Source: Octopus sinensis
Lineage: Eukaryota
DNA length: 64,000 bases
Direction of reading: 5' to 3'
Assembly (NCBI RefSeq): GCF_006345805.1
Contig: NC_043003.1
Coordinates: 65,968,001 to 66,032,000, forward strand
This document shows positions 38,060 through 52,010 of this stretch, piece after piece. Both the position numbers and the translations under genes were made by a program. Positions within the stretch are counted from its first letter, which is position 1. Each line of letters begins with the position of its first letter. The notes under the pieces are model-generated. The model had not been told where the DNA came from, did no database searches, and worked only from the letters and a program-made list of their open reading frames with translations.

Positions 38060-39480
38060 AGGCTGTAGCCATCCTGAGGCATAAACAGTATAATCGCTTT
38101 TTCAGTGGCCATTCTCATGCGATTAGCTTTTGGTGAATGAGTTCCACATTGCTACCCTTTAAGTTTCTTGGCATGATGCAGATTCATCTGGGACATTGGA
38201 CAGCAGGAGGTCAAGTTGTTTCTCGAAAACAACTAATGCTACTACATGTAGATCCCTCAGATGTTAAATTGTTGTGGGTCCTTTAATCCCAAGCTTCTGC
38301 AGCACATGGTTCTCACTGTAGATGTGATAGTTAGCACCTCTGGAACATCGCAGTGACGTCCAGTTTGGTACCAACTCCCCCAGGATCTCCTATACGTACG
38401 TCGCTGTATATATTTCCTGTCTTCGCTCCAGCGAGTAGACATGTAGTGCTTTCATTCTCTCTCAGCAGCTCAAATGTTTGATGCAGTCTTCCTGGTGTAG
38501 TACTGCTGAAGTGTCTCAATTCCTCTATTTAACTGACACTGTGGAGTGACCAGCGTTGACAGCATTAGTTCATACAGCTGTGTACAAATGTCCTCCATAG
38601 AACCAGTATAGTTTCCTGGTTCCTTGTTCTGAAAGTTCTCAGAATCTATCGCGCTATACACCTGCACTTTGCCACTATCTTGCTGATATTCAGGTGAAAT
38701 GAGGCATTGTTGCTCATATCAATCCCAAGATCATGTATTGTACTTGACTCTGGAATTTCCACTCCTTTTCATGCAAAGTATCCTTGTTGGTGTATGTGAG
38801 CACAAGCTAGACAGCAGAGAGCTTGGAATTCCCCTGCGTTAAATTGCATGTTATTTCATTCAACCCATTTATATATGACATCTAGGTATTTCTGAAGAAG
38901 ATTAGAGTCGGACGTTTCCCCGACTGCTTGTAGTACATTTGTGGCATTGGCATAGTTAATAAGTGTAGCTGTCTGAATTAATGATGGCATGTCCGAAAGA
39001 CCTGTCATTAACAGCAGCAGCTTTAAGACTCTTCCCCGATGCACTTCAATCGCTATTACTGTCCTTGGAGAGGATTCTATTTGCTGGCAAAATGCGGTTT
39101 CGGTGTTTTAAAAAGTCATGTAACCACTCTCCCAGTTTTCCGACAATTGCGGGTCTTATGATTCTATCGGAAGCCTTTGTAAAATCATGATATATATATC
39201 ACACTCACGTTTGAGCGATTCGCTAGTTGTCTCAACATTCGGTTGAATATTGCTTCAGATGCTGTTCAACACGGCTTCTTCCTGCCCGGAAGTTGTCAGG
39301 CAGCAAATTATTATCTTCCAGGAACTCAAGTAGTTTCCTTCTGACAATGCGTCCCATGACTTTGGTGACAGGTCTAAACTTTTTAGCATCTGCTCTGCTA
39401 GTACGTCTTTCTCAGATACTATGTGTGGTTAAGCCAGTTCAGCTGCCTAACAATCTTCTGTGCTCTTTCCAAAGAAGACC
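38060..39480 (-). mobile_element. Old CR1 LINE fragment
   Basis: KFRPV..KVMGRIVRRKLLEFLEDNNLL, GKLGEWLHDFL, LERRQEIY, LRDLHVV...LDLLLSNVPDE; homologous to 48845-51680. Confidence 0.8.
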
Positions 39481-40082
39481 ATTGTTTCGCAGAGGGACAG
39501 AGAGAGAGAGAGAGAGAGAAGGTGAGATATATAGAAAGAGATTAGCGTGTAATGTAGCGTCAGAAATGGCTGTGAAATGGTTAGCCTATTCGTTTGCTCT
39601 CGGCAGGAAATATTGAAATATTTAGTTATTGTACATTTTGGTCTGCGATTGAACTTCACCGTGTCGTTGTTGTCCTTCAGCATTCTTGGATTCATTCAGT
39701 TATAATTATTCGCTTACTGTTACCGATAGAATCGAGTGCAGGTGGATGCACCTCAGCTCCAGTCGGTGTCCCGACCGGTGGTATGGTAGCAAGCTAGTAC
39801 AAAACGGTACACTGATACGGGTGCAGAACCCGAAATACTCGTTCGTATAACTTGGGATTTCTAAGATGTAGTTCGGCTAGAGATTGGCCTAGACCATGTC
39901 TACTGAATAGCACCACCTGATAGCCACCATTAAGTCATTTTCAAACCAAGCTTCTTGTTATCGTGGCCCATTCAAACAGGGAGTTGTTGTTGAATATAAA
40001 ATATAGAGACATGAGTGGCTTATCTAGTACTCCTTGAAGAAATTTGCCATGGTTTCGTTTGAAGGTGATGGATTTGTTTCCT

Positions 40083-40114
<32 letters not shown>

Positions 40115-41963
40115 ATTATTATTATTATTATTTGTTTTGCGATATTGTTAAATTGAGTAGGGCCTGTAGAGGAAAAGGAATTGAATTTATGTGTATAAAT
40201 TGTGTAGATCACTTCTGAATATGATATTTAGATCGTTTGGGCAATACTCGTGCTACATGTTTTCCAAATTGTGCAATTGATGTAATGCTCATGGCGGAGC
40301 GCTACATCATTTTAATGCTTTAAGTTTTAATGCTTTAAGCCGGTTTCAATAATCAAGATCAGTCATGCGTTTTATTCTTTTAGTGATTGCTCTCTGGGGT
40401 GACTCAATTTCGAAACATAAATCCCAAGATTAAATGATCTAATGCATTTAGTTGAGTCTGAATCCGTGAATAATTGATAACTACTTGTCATGTATTGGTG
40501 TCATTTTATTTGAAGGGAAATATTCCATAAGGAGGCAATGTGAGAAATCGATAATTTTACAATATTTGGCTGTCGCTTGTGATTGTAAATAACTGTTAAA
40601 TTTGATTGTAATGAAGGATGATTTTGTCATTTCCAATGAAGTAAATATTCTTTAAGAAGAACAATAGTCTGCCAGAAGCAAGGAAAAGCAAGTTGACAAG
40701 GTTAGGCATTAAGTTAAGAACACAAAGTTTGGGGGTCAATTTGTAAATAGGTATAGGACATTCATAGCGAATAAAAATTCAAATTCTGGTGTTAATAAAC
40801 GGGGAGTTTGTTTACCAATAGATTTGATTGCTGCTAAACTTCAACTGTCCGATATCTTAATGCCTAGAAAAAAATTTAAGAACAAAAAGAAAACTTAGAG
40901 TCTTTAAGTATCGTGTGAAAGGTAATCTGGGGAGTTTTGTAAGGAAGTCTACAACGTGGTTACATTATCCAATGTGATTGTTTGGCTTGCTAGAAATGGC
41001 ACTAAATCTCCCACAAAGTATTGCTAAACATCTAGAAAATACTGAATCATATATTGAAAAATCAGTGTAAGAAATATATATATACTTTGGGACTGCAGAA
41101 AAGGTGAAAGTTTCTGTTTTTTTTACCATAAGTGTACTAGATCAGTGCTCGCATGCAGTAGAACGACTACAGCAATAGCCTGTATATGTCTCAGATGAAC
41201 TAAGACATACACAGGGTGTTAACGGTTCAACACATCGTTATGAGACTTTCAGCTTCTAATGAGAGACTTTCAGATTCTAATGAGAGACTTTCTGCTTTTA
41301 TTTACTTCGTTAAATATTGGAACATACGAGTTGCATATTTCATCAAGCGTGGCAGATAGAAACTAAGGCTGATCTTAAGAATATATGAAAAGTGTTCGAA
41401 GAAAAACAGATGCTGTTTACTGGCAACCATTTAATCTTGTCCGAATTCTCTACAGCCTTCTCTAGAGCAAAAATAAAGTGTAAAAAAAAATAATAAATGC
41501 TGAACCGTCTTTCAATCATTTGTTAATATAATGACTTCGTATACATATCCCTAAATTGATAATGGATACGAAACAAGATTATCTGCTATGTACACTTGCC
41601 TCATCTTCATTAATTGTGTTACAGGAATCTGTTATGGAAGCAGTAAGCTCACTACAATGCTTCTCGCAGCCCGGCAGGACACGGCGTATTCATCCGCTTG
41701 ATTTCAACGCGTATAGCAAGAGGAGAAGATAAGCGGCAAAGTATGGTCGAAATAATGCGTGGGACCACAAAGGAAATAATATAATGGTTTTACCGAATAG
41801 GAAGAAATATCTGGATGCCTTAATGATTCATAGTTCCTTTAAAAAAAGAAAAATTATTTAGATTTAGATATTTTTCATAGAAACAACTCTTTTGTAGGGA
41901 GAAGACATTCCGTAAAATGTACAATAAGCTACAATAAAGTTACGAAAAGTAAAATAAATATAA

Positions 41964-42075
<112 letters not shown>

Positions 42076-42775
42076 GACCTAATCTCAGTGTGTAGAGTCT
42101 TAGCTCCTGTAGAATATAAAGCAAGACATGACAGAGTCGGCCAGTATTTACACCGGAAAATATGTCGGCATTATAAAACCAAAACCGCTGACAAATGGTA
42201 TAAACACCATCCTGAAGCTGTGACTGAGGGAGAAAATGTGTCGATTCTCTGGGACTTATCCGTACATACCGACAAAACTATAAAAGCTAATAAACCGGAT
42301 ATTATTATAAAAGATCAGACAAAAAAGGTGTGTTTATTAATTGACATGAGTATTTCTTGCGACCAGAATATAGCGGCGAAAGAATTTGACAAGATCAGTA
42401 AATATAAAGACATCCTAATAGAAATTGAAAAAATGTGGCATCTTAAGGCGACTACAGTGACAGTGATTGTAGGATTTCTAGGAATAAAAAAAGAAGGTAC
42501 TGACACCTATTTGAAAATGATACCAGGCTTACCATCACTACAGGAAGTGCAAAAAGTCGTGTTAACTGGAACGACTCATGTACTGAGAAGGGCATTATCG
42601 CTGGGAAACAACATCTATTCATGAATTTATTCGTTTATTGATTTTTTTCAAAAATATATTTTACCTGTGAATTTGCGTGTGTAATCTGGGAATGCATACA
42701 ATGAGCTTCTCTGCCCTAGGTGTACGGAAAACACTCGGCGAGAAATGAAAGAAAATCTGAAGAAAGAAGGAAAAA
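42076..42775 (+). mobile_element. R4/Dong-clade 3' fragment with an uninterrupted 178-aa RLE ORF (42088-42624)
   Basis: YKARHDRVG..WYKHHPEAV..ILWD..TDKTIKANKPDIIIKD..LLIDMSI..KISKYKDI..VIVGFLG..QKVVLTGTTHVLRRAL; ends at aataataataa. Confidence 0.92.
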
Positions 42776-42786
42776 AATAATAATAA

Positions 42787-42933
42787 GGGTGGGGCACTTG
42801 CAGAAGACAGCACTCCTTGGAACCGCTCAAATACTACGGATGGTAGTAGAATATCAGGGAGTGTTGATTTGTTCACTGTCAGTGAACAACTGGAACTGTA
42901 ATAAATCTCCAAAGATAGAAGCAGTGCAAAGAC
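42787..42933 (+). mobile_element. Second, very short R4 3' fragment
   Basis: RVGHLQKTALLGTAQILRMVVEY, then a UTR ending gtgcaaagac followed by (AAT)n. Confidence 0.8.
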
Positions 42934-42988
<55 letters not shown>

Positions 42989-43007
42989 TAATAATAATAA
43001 CAACAAT

Positions 43008-43040
<33 letters not shown>

Positions 43041-43311
43041 AATAATCATCATCATCATCATCGTTACTACAGTAGCCACAACGTCTGAAACCTTGAGGCG
43101 GGAGCAAGTAGATTACATAGAACTGTGAAGATCGAACTGCACTCTTCAGAACTTGCACTAAGAGTAAGGACAAGTCAAAATTACTACCTGTTTTTATAGC
43201 AAGTTGATGCAGGTAGTTTATCCCGTCCTCCTCCGACACTTAGTTCATGCAATTGAAAGAATCGCATTACTTATAGGAGGAACCAATATATATACATATA
43301 TATATATATAT

Positions 43312-43470
43312 ATGCGACGGGTTTCTTTTAGTGACCGTCTGCCAAATCTACTCACATGGCTTTGGCCGGCCCGAGGCTATATTAGAAGACGCACTCCTTA
43401 GGTGCCAGGCAGTAGGACTGAACCTGGAACCATGTGGTTGGACAGTAAGCTTCTTACCACATATAGCTCT
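43312..43470 (-). mobile_element. SINE-A head half
   Basis: ggcccgaggctatattagaagac...aggactgaacctggaaccatgtggttgg. Confidence 0.85.
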
Positions 43471-43669
43471 CACTTTCAATATGTTTCACTTGCTCTAGAG
43501 CGTGTGCGGTGAGATTACTGGAATGCTTAAACGACTTAGCGAGAAAATATGGTACCTACTGTCACACCTTTTCGCTTGTCAATGGCGGCCAGGATTTTTA
43601 ATAGATAGTATCTTCTGCTCATGGATTAAATAAACAAATTCTCTCTATGTATAATAGTTGCTACAACAG

Positions 43670-43694
43670 CAAGTAGTAGTAGTAGTAGTAGTAG

Positions 43695-43725
<31 letters not shown>

Positions 43726-44167
43726 GGTGGTGGTGGTGGTGGTGAAAATATGATGTGATGGAGTTATATGTATAATAAACTTTTGCTGTGATCAAAGATC
43801 ACGGTAATTTTTTTGGCTTTTTTGATATTTTGGTGATTTTCATTTGCTTCTTTCTCTTGTTAAATAACATTGCGTGAATATTCCACATCATAAACGTGTA
43901 CCAAAGTGAAGAGCGTAATCATCGCCATCCTTATTATCATCATTATCATCATCATCATCAGCAGCAGCAGCAGTGGCAGCGGCAGTGTCAACAATGACAA
44001 AAAAAAGAAAAGATTAGCAACAAAGACCACTAGAACACCATCATAAACAACAAAATTATAATAGTTAAAAACAAAAACAATATCGTTGCTGCTGCTGCTG
44101 CTGCTACTACTGCTACTGCTGCTGCTGCTACTCTGTGGCAGGATTGTGATGATGCTGATGCTGTTGG

Positions 44168-44208
<41 letters not shown>

Positions 44209-44240
44209 GTTATGATGACGACGATGATGATGATAATTAC
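43670..44240. repeat. Compound trinucleotide arrays (AGT/GTT/GGT/CAT/CTG/GAT)
   Basis: Read directly. Confidence 0.85.
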
Positions 44241-44486
44241 GATGATGATAATAACGATGAGGTAAAAATATCAATCAAGGTATATATTTTAATTAAATAT
44301 TTATCCTAATATAATTTAATTTTTCAAAAACCGAATGATTTTTCGATAAATGTGATTCTTTATATTTTTTTAAAAAGTTTTTTATATTTCTTCATTTATA
44401 TATATTTATTTATGTATTTATATTGCTATACATTTTTTATATATTTAATGCGTATGTAACTTAGTTGGTTACATTTAAAGAATATA

Positions 44487-44538
<52 letters not shown>

Positions 44539-45344
44539 AAAGAGAGAGAGAAAGAGGGAGAATTCTGGTGATGAAAGCAATAAATAAAATGTCCTATAAA
44601 ATATTATTGTCGCTGTTGATGCCGGATCTTTTTTCGTCACTTTAATTATTTATTTTTATTAATTTTCATTCATTCGTTTTATTTCCGTATTTTTGTTCAT
44701 GCTATTGCATTTTTTTGTTTGTTTTTTTTTTCCTTATTACTATTTTTTTTTTATTTTGGCAAAGTTAATTATTTTAAATTGTAAATATTTATGATGATTG
44801 AAAACTATGTAGTTTTGCAGGAGCAGATCTGTTGTTTAATTTAATTAAAATCTAGCAGTTCTCGAGGCAATAAATTCGTGCCACCAAGCAACATATAAAG
44901 CAACACGGTAAGAAAACGCAGAACAGTCATGGACATGTAAAGATTGCTGAAGAAAGAGCAGAGCATGGTTTCGTTTCGATGGTAGAACGTATAGAAATGA
45001 ATTTAAAACTACAGACAGCGAAATGGAATATTAGGAGAGAGAGAACACACGCTAGAACTATAACTAAATCGATAAAAAGTATAGAATTTATAAAGCAAAG
45101 AAACGAAGATCAATTAACAGAAAATTGTAATTTTGAAGCTAACAGATGATTCGTTAAAGTCCATTTGCACAAACTTAGAACAAATAAATTTTATAAAATT
45201 CTTAAAATCTTATCAGAAAGAGAAAAAAGTATTTGTAAGATTTCTCATGTGTGATTCGCGGCTTTTAATATCAATACTACAAGGGATGGACGGATATTTA
45301 ACACTCGTCTAGAAGCACACTAACAGCGTTTACTGATAATCATA

Positions 45345-45487
45345 CGGATGATGGGGTAGTAGTAGTAGTAGTATTAATTGTTGTTGTTGCTATTGTTGTT
45401 GTAGTAGTGGTGATATTACAGGTGAGATTAGTAGTAACAGTAGTGGTAGTTATTGCAGTGATATTGCTGGTGTTGGTGCGGGTGGTA

Positions 45488-45521
<34 letters not shown>

Positions 45522-45868
45522 GAGGAGGAGGAGGAGGTGGTGCAGGAGGGGAGGCAGTGCTTATGGTCAAGGCAAAACTGCTTATTGAATTTCATGATGA
45601 CGATTGTGATGATAACGATCGATATCATAATGACATTTGTGTAGAAGCGGTTGTTGTCGGTGGAGATGATGGTGGTGGTGGTGGTGGTGATGGTGGCTGA
45701 GTTGCGGGCGTGGTCGTTGGTGGTTGCGGTGACGTTATTGTGAGGACAATGGTAAGGACAACGAAGGAGATGATGATGATGTTTGTAGTCAGGATGGTGA
45801 GAATGAAGATGATGATGATGATTAAGGTGTTAATGATGATGCTGATAGTGATGCTGATAGTGATGATG

Positions 45869-45954
<86 letters not shown>

Positions 45955-46048
45955 AATGATGATGATGATGATGATGACGATGATGATGACGATGATGATG
46001 ATGAAGATGATGATAATGATGATGATGACGATGATGATGACGATGATA

Positions 46049-46097
<49 letters not shown>

Positions 46098-46265
46098 CGA
46101 TGATGATGATGATAATGATGATGATGATGATGATGAGGATAATGATGATGATGATGTTGCTAGTCAGGATGGTGAGGATGATGATGCAGATGATGATGAT
46201 TATGATATTGATGTTGAGGATGACTATGATGCAGGTGATGATGTCAACGTGGTTGTGACGACGAG

Positions 46266-46337
<72 letters not shown>

Positions 46338-46345
46338 AGGAATGC
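45345..46345. repeat. Trinucleotide field ending in about 570 bp of imperfect (GAT)n
   Basis: Read directly; produces the poly-Met ORF 45710-46258. Confidence 0.95.
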
Positions 46346-46609
46346 TGATGGTGATGGTGTCGACAGAAAAATTTAATGATAATTATTTCATCAATATCCT
46401 CAGCATCCGTGCTGTGTATATATCGAATCCAGCTAATTAATCATCGCAATTGAAATTACTCACGAAACAACTTGTTGTACTTGAAGCGAGAGGAAAGCAA
46501 ATATTTTTACATTCATGCAAATGTCTAACTTGATTTACTCAGGATTTTCCGTACCCGAGCGCAAGCGCTTGCCTCCCTGTATGTACACGTTATGTTGTGT
46601 GTGTGTTAC

Positions 46610-47170
46610 TCAAGAATGGTTGTATGGTAATATAAAATTCCCTTCGCAGCCATGTAGATTCGGTTTCCGTCCCAGAGCGCGATACAATGGATTAGGAACC
46701 TGTGTTATAACTCCTATCCGACCAACGCCATATGAGCGATTTTTGGTAAAGGAAAACCGCGCGGAAGCCCGACATATATGTGTTCGAGTGTGTGTGCGTT
46801 TGTGTGTGTATGTTTGTTCGTGCGTTTGTGTGTGTGTTTGTGTGTGATTTCTGTGCTTGTGTGTATTTGAGTGTGTGTATGTGTGTGTGTGAGTGTGTGA
46901 ATGTGTGTATGTTTTTGTGTGTGTGTGTGTGTGTGTATGTGTGTGAGCGTAAGTGTTTATGAGTGCGATTGTCTTTGTATTTGCACAATACCGTTTGAAG
47001 ACTGGTGCCATTCAATTCACTCCCTTATAACTTAGCAGCTCGGCAAAATACATCCTACAGAGTACTACCAGATTTGAAAAGATTAACTAAAAAATAAACA
47101 ACTACTGACTCTTCAGTGTGGAATCCCTGCCAAGGCTGTCATGAAATGAACAAAACAAAAATATAAAAAC
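46610..47170 (+). mobile_element. SINE-A, old copy with expanded internal (TG)n
   Basis: cagccatgtagattcggtttccgtccc...ggaagcccgac...acttagcagctcggcaaaa. Confidence 0.7.
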
Positions 47171-47729
47171 ACGTTATTATGGCAGTAAAAACAGCATTCT
47201 ATGTTTTTCGGCTAAGAGTTCACCAACGACTGACAATTACTGTCCCCATGAGTAGGTCGATAAAATTGTGTTTGCTCTTGATACTTCAGTCACTGGTTAT
47301 TTACGATAAAAAAAGACAAGAAAAACATCCCGTCTTTCAAATTTTTTGTATTTACGTTTTCCGTTTAACCAATCGTTATACACAAATTCCCAACAATTTT
47401 GTTGATGAAACTTTCGTTCTGCCCACGCTTATCATATGTATTATTAATGTTGTTGTTGTTGTTGTTGTTGTTATTGTTTTAATTTTTGTTATTATTATTA
47501 TTATCCTCATTATTATCATTATTATTGTTATTATTATTAACATTATTATAATTACTAATGTTATTATTATTAATATTATTATAATTACTATTATTATTAT
47601 TATTATTGCCTTCAAGACATTGCTGTCGAAAATTGCAAATAAGCTGTCCCAGGGAACCATAGTCGAAGAAGTGAAAAATATATTTTCTTCTTCTTCTTCT
47701 TCTTCTTCTTCCTCTTCCTCTTCTTCTTC

Positions 47730-48420
47730 GCTCACTCCCAGTGCAGAACACTTTAGATAAGTGTCTTCTATAGCTCAGGACCGAACTACACAATGCAAGT
47801 GAATTTGGGAGACAGAAGCTTTGTGGAAGCCTGTCTTATATAGATTTATGTGTGTGTGTGTGTGTGTATAATTTTGTGTGTATGTGAGTGTGCCTGTGTT
47901 TCTGTCTGCTTCAGCTTGTGCGTGTTTTCCTTTTTAGTCCCCACCTGGTGACTGGTGTTGGTTAGTTTACATCACCGTAACGTAGTGATTCGACAAAATG
48001 CGACAATACAGTATGTACCAGATTTACACAAACAAAAGTATTGGGAACACTGTGTAGTTCCCCAACATGGCTGAAGCCCAATGACTGGCTCTTATAAAGA
48101 TAAGAAATAAAAGATTTACGTATACCAATACTATTGTTCGTTTTACGATTTGTTGCATTCAACGATTTACACAGAGGAACCAAAATCATTTAATGCAAAA
48201 AAAAAAAAAGAAGGTAAGCTACGATCGAACTAAAGGGAGTTTTCCAATGAAGAAAATGCCATGTGTTTATAGCTAAGATTTGCACAACGCCTGGCCTTCT
48301 GCTGGTTTACACTCCCGTAACTTAACGGTTCAATAAGAGTGACCTCCGATAGAATAAGTACTGGTCTTACAAAGAATAGAATCTGGTGTCGATCGGTTCG
48401 AATAAAATACCTTTAAAACG
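47730..48420 (+). mobile_element. Two diverged SINE-A pieces (about 47730-48110 and 48290-48420)
   Basis: gataagtgtcttctatagc...ggaagcctgtc; cccgtaacttaacggttc...gatagaataagtactggtcttacaaagaat. Confidence 0.65.
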
Positions 48421-48459
48421 ATTAATGTACATGAAAAGCGGAGAAATCGACCACAGCAC

Positions 48460-48581
48460 TTATCTTTGTAAGCCTAGGATTTATTCTATCGGGGTCTTTT
48501 GCCGAACCGCTACGGGGATATAAACACAACAATACCGGTTGTCAAGCGGAGACAAGCACGAATATATGCATACATACACAA

Positions 48582-48653
<72 letters not shown>

Positions 48654-48800
48654 GACTGGTTTCTTTCAGTTTCTATCTACCGAATTCACTCACAAGCCTC
48701 TGGCTGGCCCGAGGCTATAGTAGAAGACACATGTTCATCATGCAGTGGGGTTGAACCCGGAACCATGTGGTTGGGAGGTAAGCTCCTTACCACACACCTA
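48460..48800 (-). mobile_element. SINE-A lacking its extreme tail
   Basis: tttgtaagcctagg...gccgaaccgcta...ggcccgaggctatagtagaagacac...cttaccacac. Confidence 0.9.
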
Positions 48801-48844
48801 CAACTGTAAATATATATATGTATATATATATTTATTTTTTAATT

Positions 48845-51680
48845 TATTTCATTTTATCTCGTTTCAGCTCACGAGCTGTGGCCATGCTGGGCACCGCCAT
48901 GTGGTGTTGCTACATGATTTTACTTTACGAATGCTCTTTAGCAATTGCCATTTGTTGCATGAGAGAGTTCGATGCAGCTGCCCTCATCTGCACCTCCTGC
49001 AGTGAAGTTGGTTCATCTGGGACACCTGACAGGAAAAGATCCAGTTTTATTTTAAAGACATCTGCATCCACCCCATGCAGGTCTCTCAGGTCCTTCGGGA
49101 GGATATTGAAGAGCTGTGGGCCTCGGAAGCTCAGGCTATCACAGTATCTTGTCCTACATCTTGATGGCAAATTTGGAGTCCTTGGCACTATGCAGTGGAG
49201 CCCAGTTCTAGCATTTGTGTAACTCTCGATGCCAAAGTTTGGGACAAGTCTTTCTAGGATCTTCCGGATGTATATTATGGCATATCTTTCTCGCCTACGC
49301 TCAAAGGAATAATCTTAGTCTCTTGAGTCTTTCCCAGTAGCTTATATTCTGCACAGAGGCTATCTTCTTCGTGTAGCTTCGTTGGATCGCCTCAGGTTCT
49401 GTGATTAACTTGACACTGGGTGGTGACTATAGCTGAGAGCAATAGTCAAAGTGGCTTAGGACAAGTGTCCTCCAGAGGACCATCATGGTTTCTGGTCTCT
49501 TGCTTTAAAGGTTCTAAGAATCCATCTGGTCAGCCGTCTACATTTCATTGCCAAGTTAGCAACATGCACATGAAAGGTTGCATCATTACTCATGTAAATA
49601 CCCAGGTCTCGCACTGATTGTGCCTCTGGGATTGCAGTCCCTCCAGGTCCAGTGTATTTATTGGGTATTGCATTTAGTTTTGCATGCTGATAGCATAAAC
49701 TTTTCAGCATTGAACTGCATGCTATTCTTTTCAGCCCACTTGTATATTTTGTCCAGCTCACATTGCAGGTGCATAGTGTCTTCAGGGTTCTGTATTGCCT
49801 GTGAAATTTTTGTATCCTCTGCATAACTTGTGATCATGGCTCTCTGCGTAGCTGAGGGCATGTCTGAACAGTAGTGGTCCCAAAACAGTGCCTTGCGGAA
49901 CATTGCTCACTAATTGCGTGTTAATGGAAATGGCCCCATTGGCTACTACCACCTGGCTTCTATCCTTCAGAAAGTCATGAAGCCATTCTCCAATTTTCCA
50001 ACTATGCCAAGATCACGCAGTTTGTGACATATCATTCCACGATGGACTTTATCAAAAGCCTTTGCAAAGTCGAGATATTTGACTTCCACATTTGAGTGGT
50101 TGAGCAGTCGTTTCAGCACCCAGTCATAGTGTTGTAGCAGCTGAGTTAGGCAGCTTCTTCCTGGTCGGAAACTACGTTGGGTGTCAGGCAGCAAGTCATT
50201 TTCTTCAAGGAAGGTGATTAGTTTCCTTCTGACTATTCGTTCCATGACCTTGCTGATGTGTGAGGTCAGAGTGATAGGTCTGTAGTTCTTGGCCTCTCCT
50301 TTATGAATAGGGCATATTTTACCTTCCTTCAGTTTTCTTGGAAGTTTGCCAGTTGCAAGGAAGCTCTGAAAGAGGAACTGCAGTGGTCTTGCTGGGACTC
50401 TCTTACATACTTTTAGAAAGATTGCTGGGAATCCATCGGGGCCAGTAGCTGAGTTTGTTTTCGTTTCATCTATAACCTTTATTACATCACCTTCCTTTAT
50501 ATTGATGTAATCAATCATCGCTGCCTCTGATTTTATATCTGCAGTGGTAAAGATGTCAGTTGGATTGCTGACTTGAAAATGCCCTAGGGGTGGAGTAAAA
50601 ATACTCTTGAATTGCTCATTTGGTATTTCAGTTATCCCCATTGGATTTCCTGTGAGTGTGCCATCCTTTTCAAGGATTGGCCCCATCCTACAGTGCAACG
50701 TAGCTGTTTCTTTGGCATACCTGTAGAAAGCTCTGGAGTTAGATTTTATGTTGTCTATAGCCCAGGCTTCTTTGTCTGCTCTTTCTTTTTCGTGGGAGAG
50801 TTGCGGACATTTTTCAATTCCCAACAGTTTTATTTTCCGGCGGGACTTTTCACTGCTTTCAATTTGTTTGTTTAGGCGATTTGAAACTTTTGTACGCCGT
50901 CTCATTAGAATTTTCCTCTCTCTGGGGATTTTGTTCTTGTGTACAGTGGCCTTTATCTCTGAGACACATTTGTAGCATATGGCTTGCATTACAGACATGA
51001 ATTGTTGAAGTTTCATGTCGATGTCTGGCGAGGAGAGACATTCAGGCCAGTTTTGTTTGAGGATCTCTTTCTCAATTTGTTTCCAGTTTGCCTTATGGAA
51101 GTTCAAGCTGGAAAGATTCTGAGAGTTTCTTGTAGACTGCATGTCCATGCTTTCCTTTGGCCCGTACATGGTCAACTCTACCATGTTGTGATCCGAGAGT
51201 AGTGTCGGTGTCACTTTCACATTATGGTTGAGATCCATATTATTTGTGAAGCAGAGATCCAGTATGTTACCTGCCTTGGTTGGTTGGAGTATTATTTGCT
51301 CCATGTACAGAGTGTTGATGCGGTTCAGGAGGGACCTCGCCTGTCCTCGTTCGCATCGTGTCATTCCTGAGAGAGAAAGGCCTTCGGGCCATCTGACATT
51401 GGACAGATCGAAGTCTCCCATAAGAAGTACACTTATGTGTTGTTCTAATGTGACTAGAACTTCTTCTATTTTCATAAGGCTTGGAGCATCTGGAGGGCGA
51501 TATGTAGCACATATAACTAAACCAAGTTGCCTTATATGTACAATTAGTGTGTCACACACCGAATTTGAGAATGACAAAAAGACATGGGGTGTGAGGTTCT
51601 CGTGGATGTACATAGCAACTCCTCCGTGACACATTTCTTTTCTGTCGGTCCGCAGTAAAACATACTGTGGTATGTATGTA
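48845..51680 (-). mobile_element. CR1-clade LINE, 5'-truncated, most of ORF2 present
   Basis: APE motifs GGVAMY, YRPP, LMGDFD, NILDLCFTN, SDHNMV. RT motifs GPDGFP, NYRPITLTSHISKVMERIV, RSFRPGRSCLTQL, YLDFAKAFDKV. Frameshifted downstream pieces include YAEDTKI and FKIKLDLFLSGVPDEP. Tail ggcggtgcccagcatggccacagctcgtgagctgaaac. Confidence 0.95.
49967..51634 (-). pseudogene. CR1 ORF2 fragment (APE endonuclease C-terminal part, linker and RT N-terminal part; 555 aa)
   Basis: Longest non-repeat ORF in the track; reading frame breaks before the YADD region. Confidence 0.9.
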
Positions 51681-51840
51681 TATATATAATATATATATTA
51701 ATATATATATTATATAACAATAATTATTGTTATAATTATATAAGTTTTTAGCGATTAAGCTTTTCAAATACCAAAATACTACTAGGTGAAATTTGCTGAT
51801 TTTATTAAATTATTATCTTTCACCCTATATCTGTATATGA

Positions 51841-51893
<53 letters not shown>

Positions 51894-51941
51894 ATATATG
51901 TATGTATGTATATATATATATATGTATTTGTATATAATATA

Positions 51942-52010
<69 letters not shown>

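Noticed and set aside
41240-41296. 21-bp unit repeated about 2.5 times (ttctaatgagagactttcag)
   Set aside because: An ordinary short tandem duplication.
44865-45150. About 90 stop-free codons (GHVKIAEERAEH...)
   Set aside because: No recognisable domain or compatible splice sites; A-rich composition favours chance openness.
45710-46258. 182-aa poly-Met ORF
   Set aside because: It is a (GAT)n array read as ATG; there is no non-repeat coding context or splice support.
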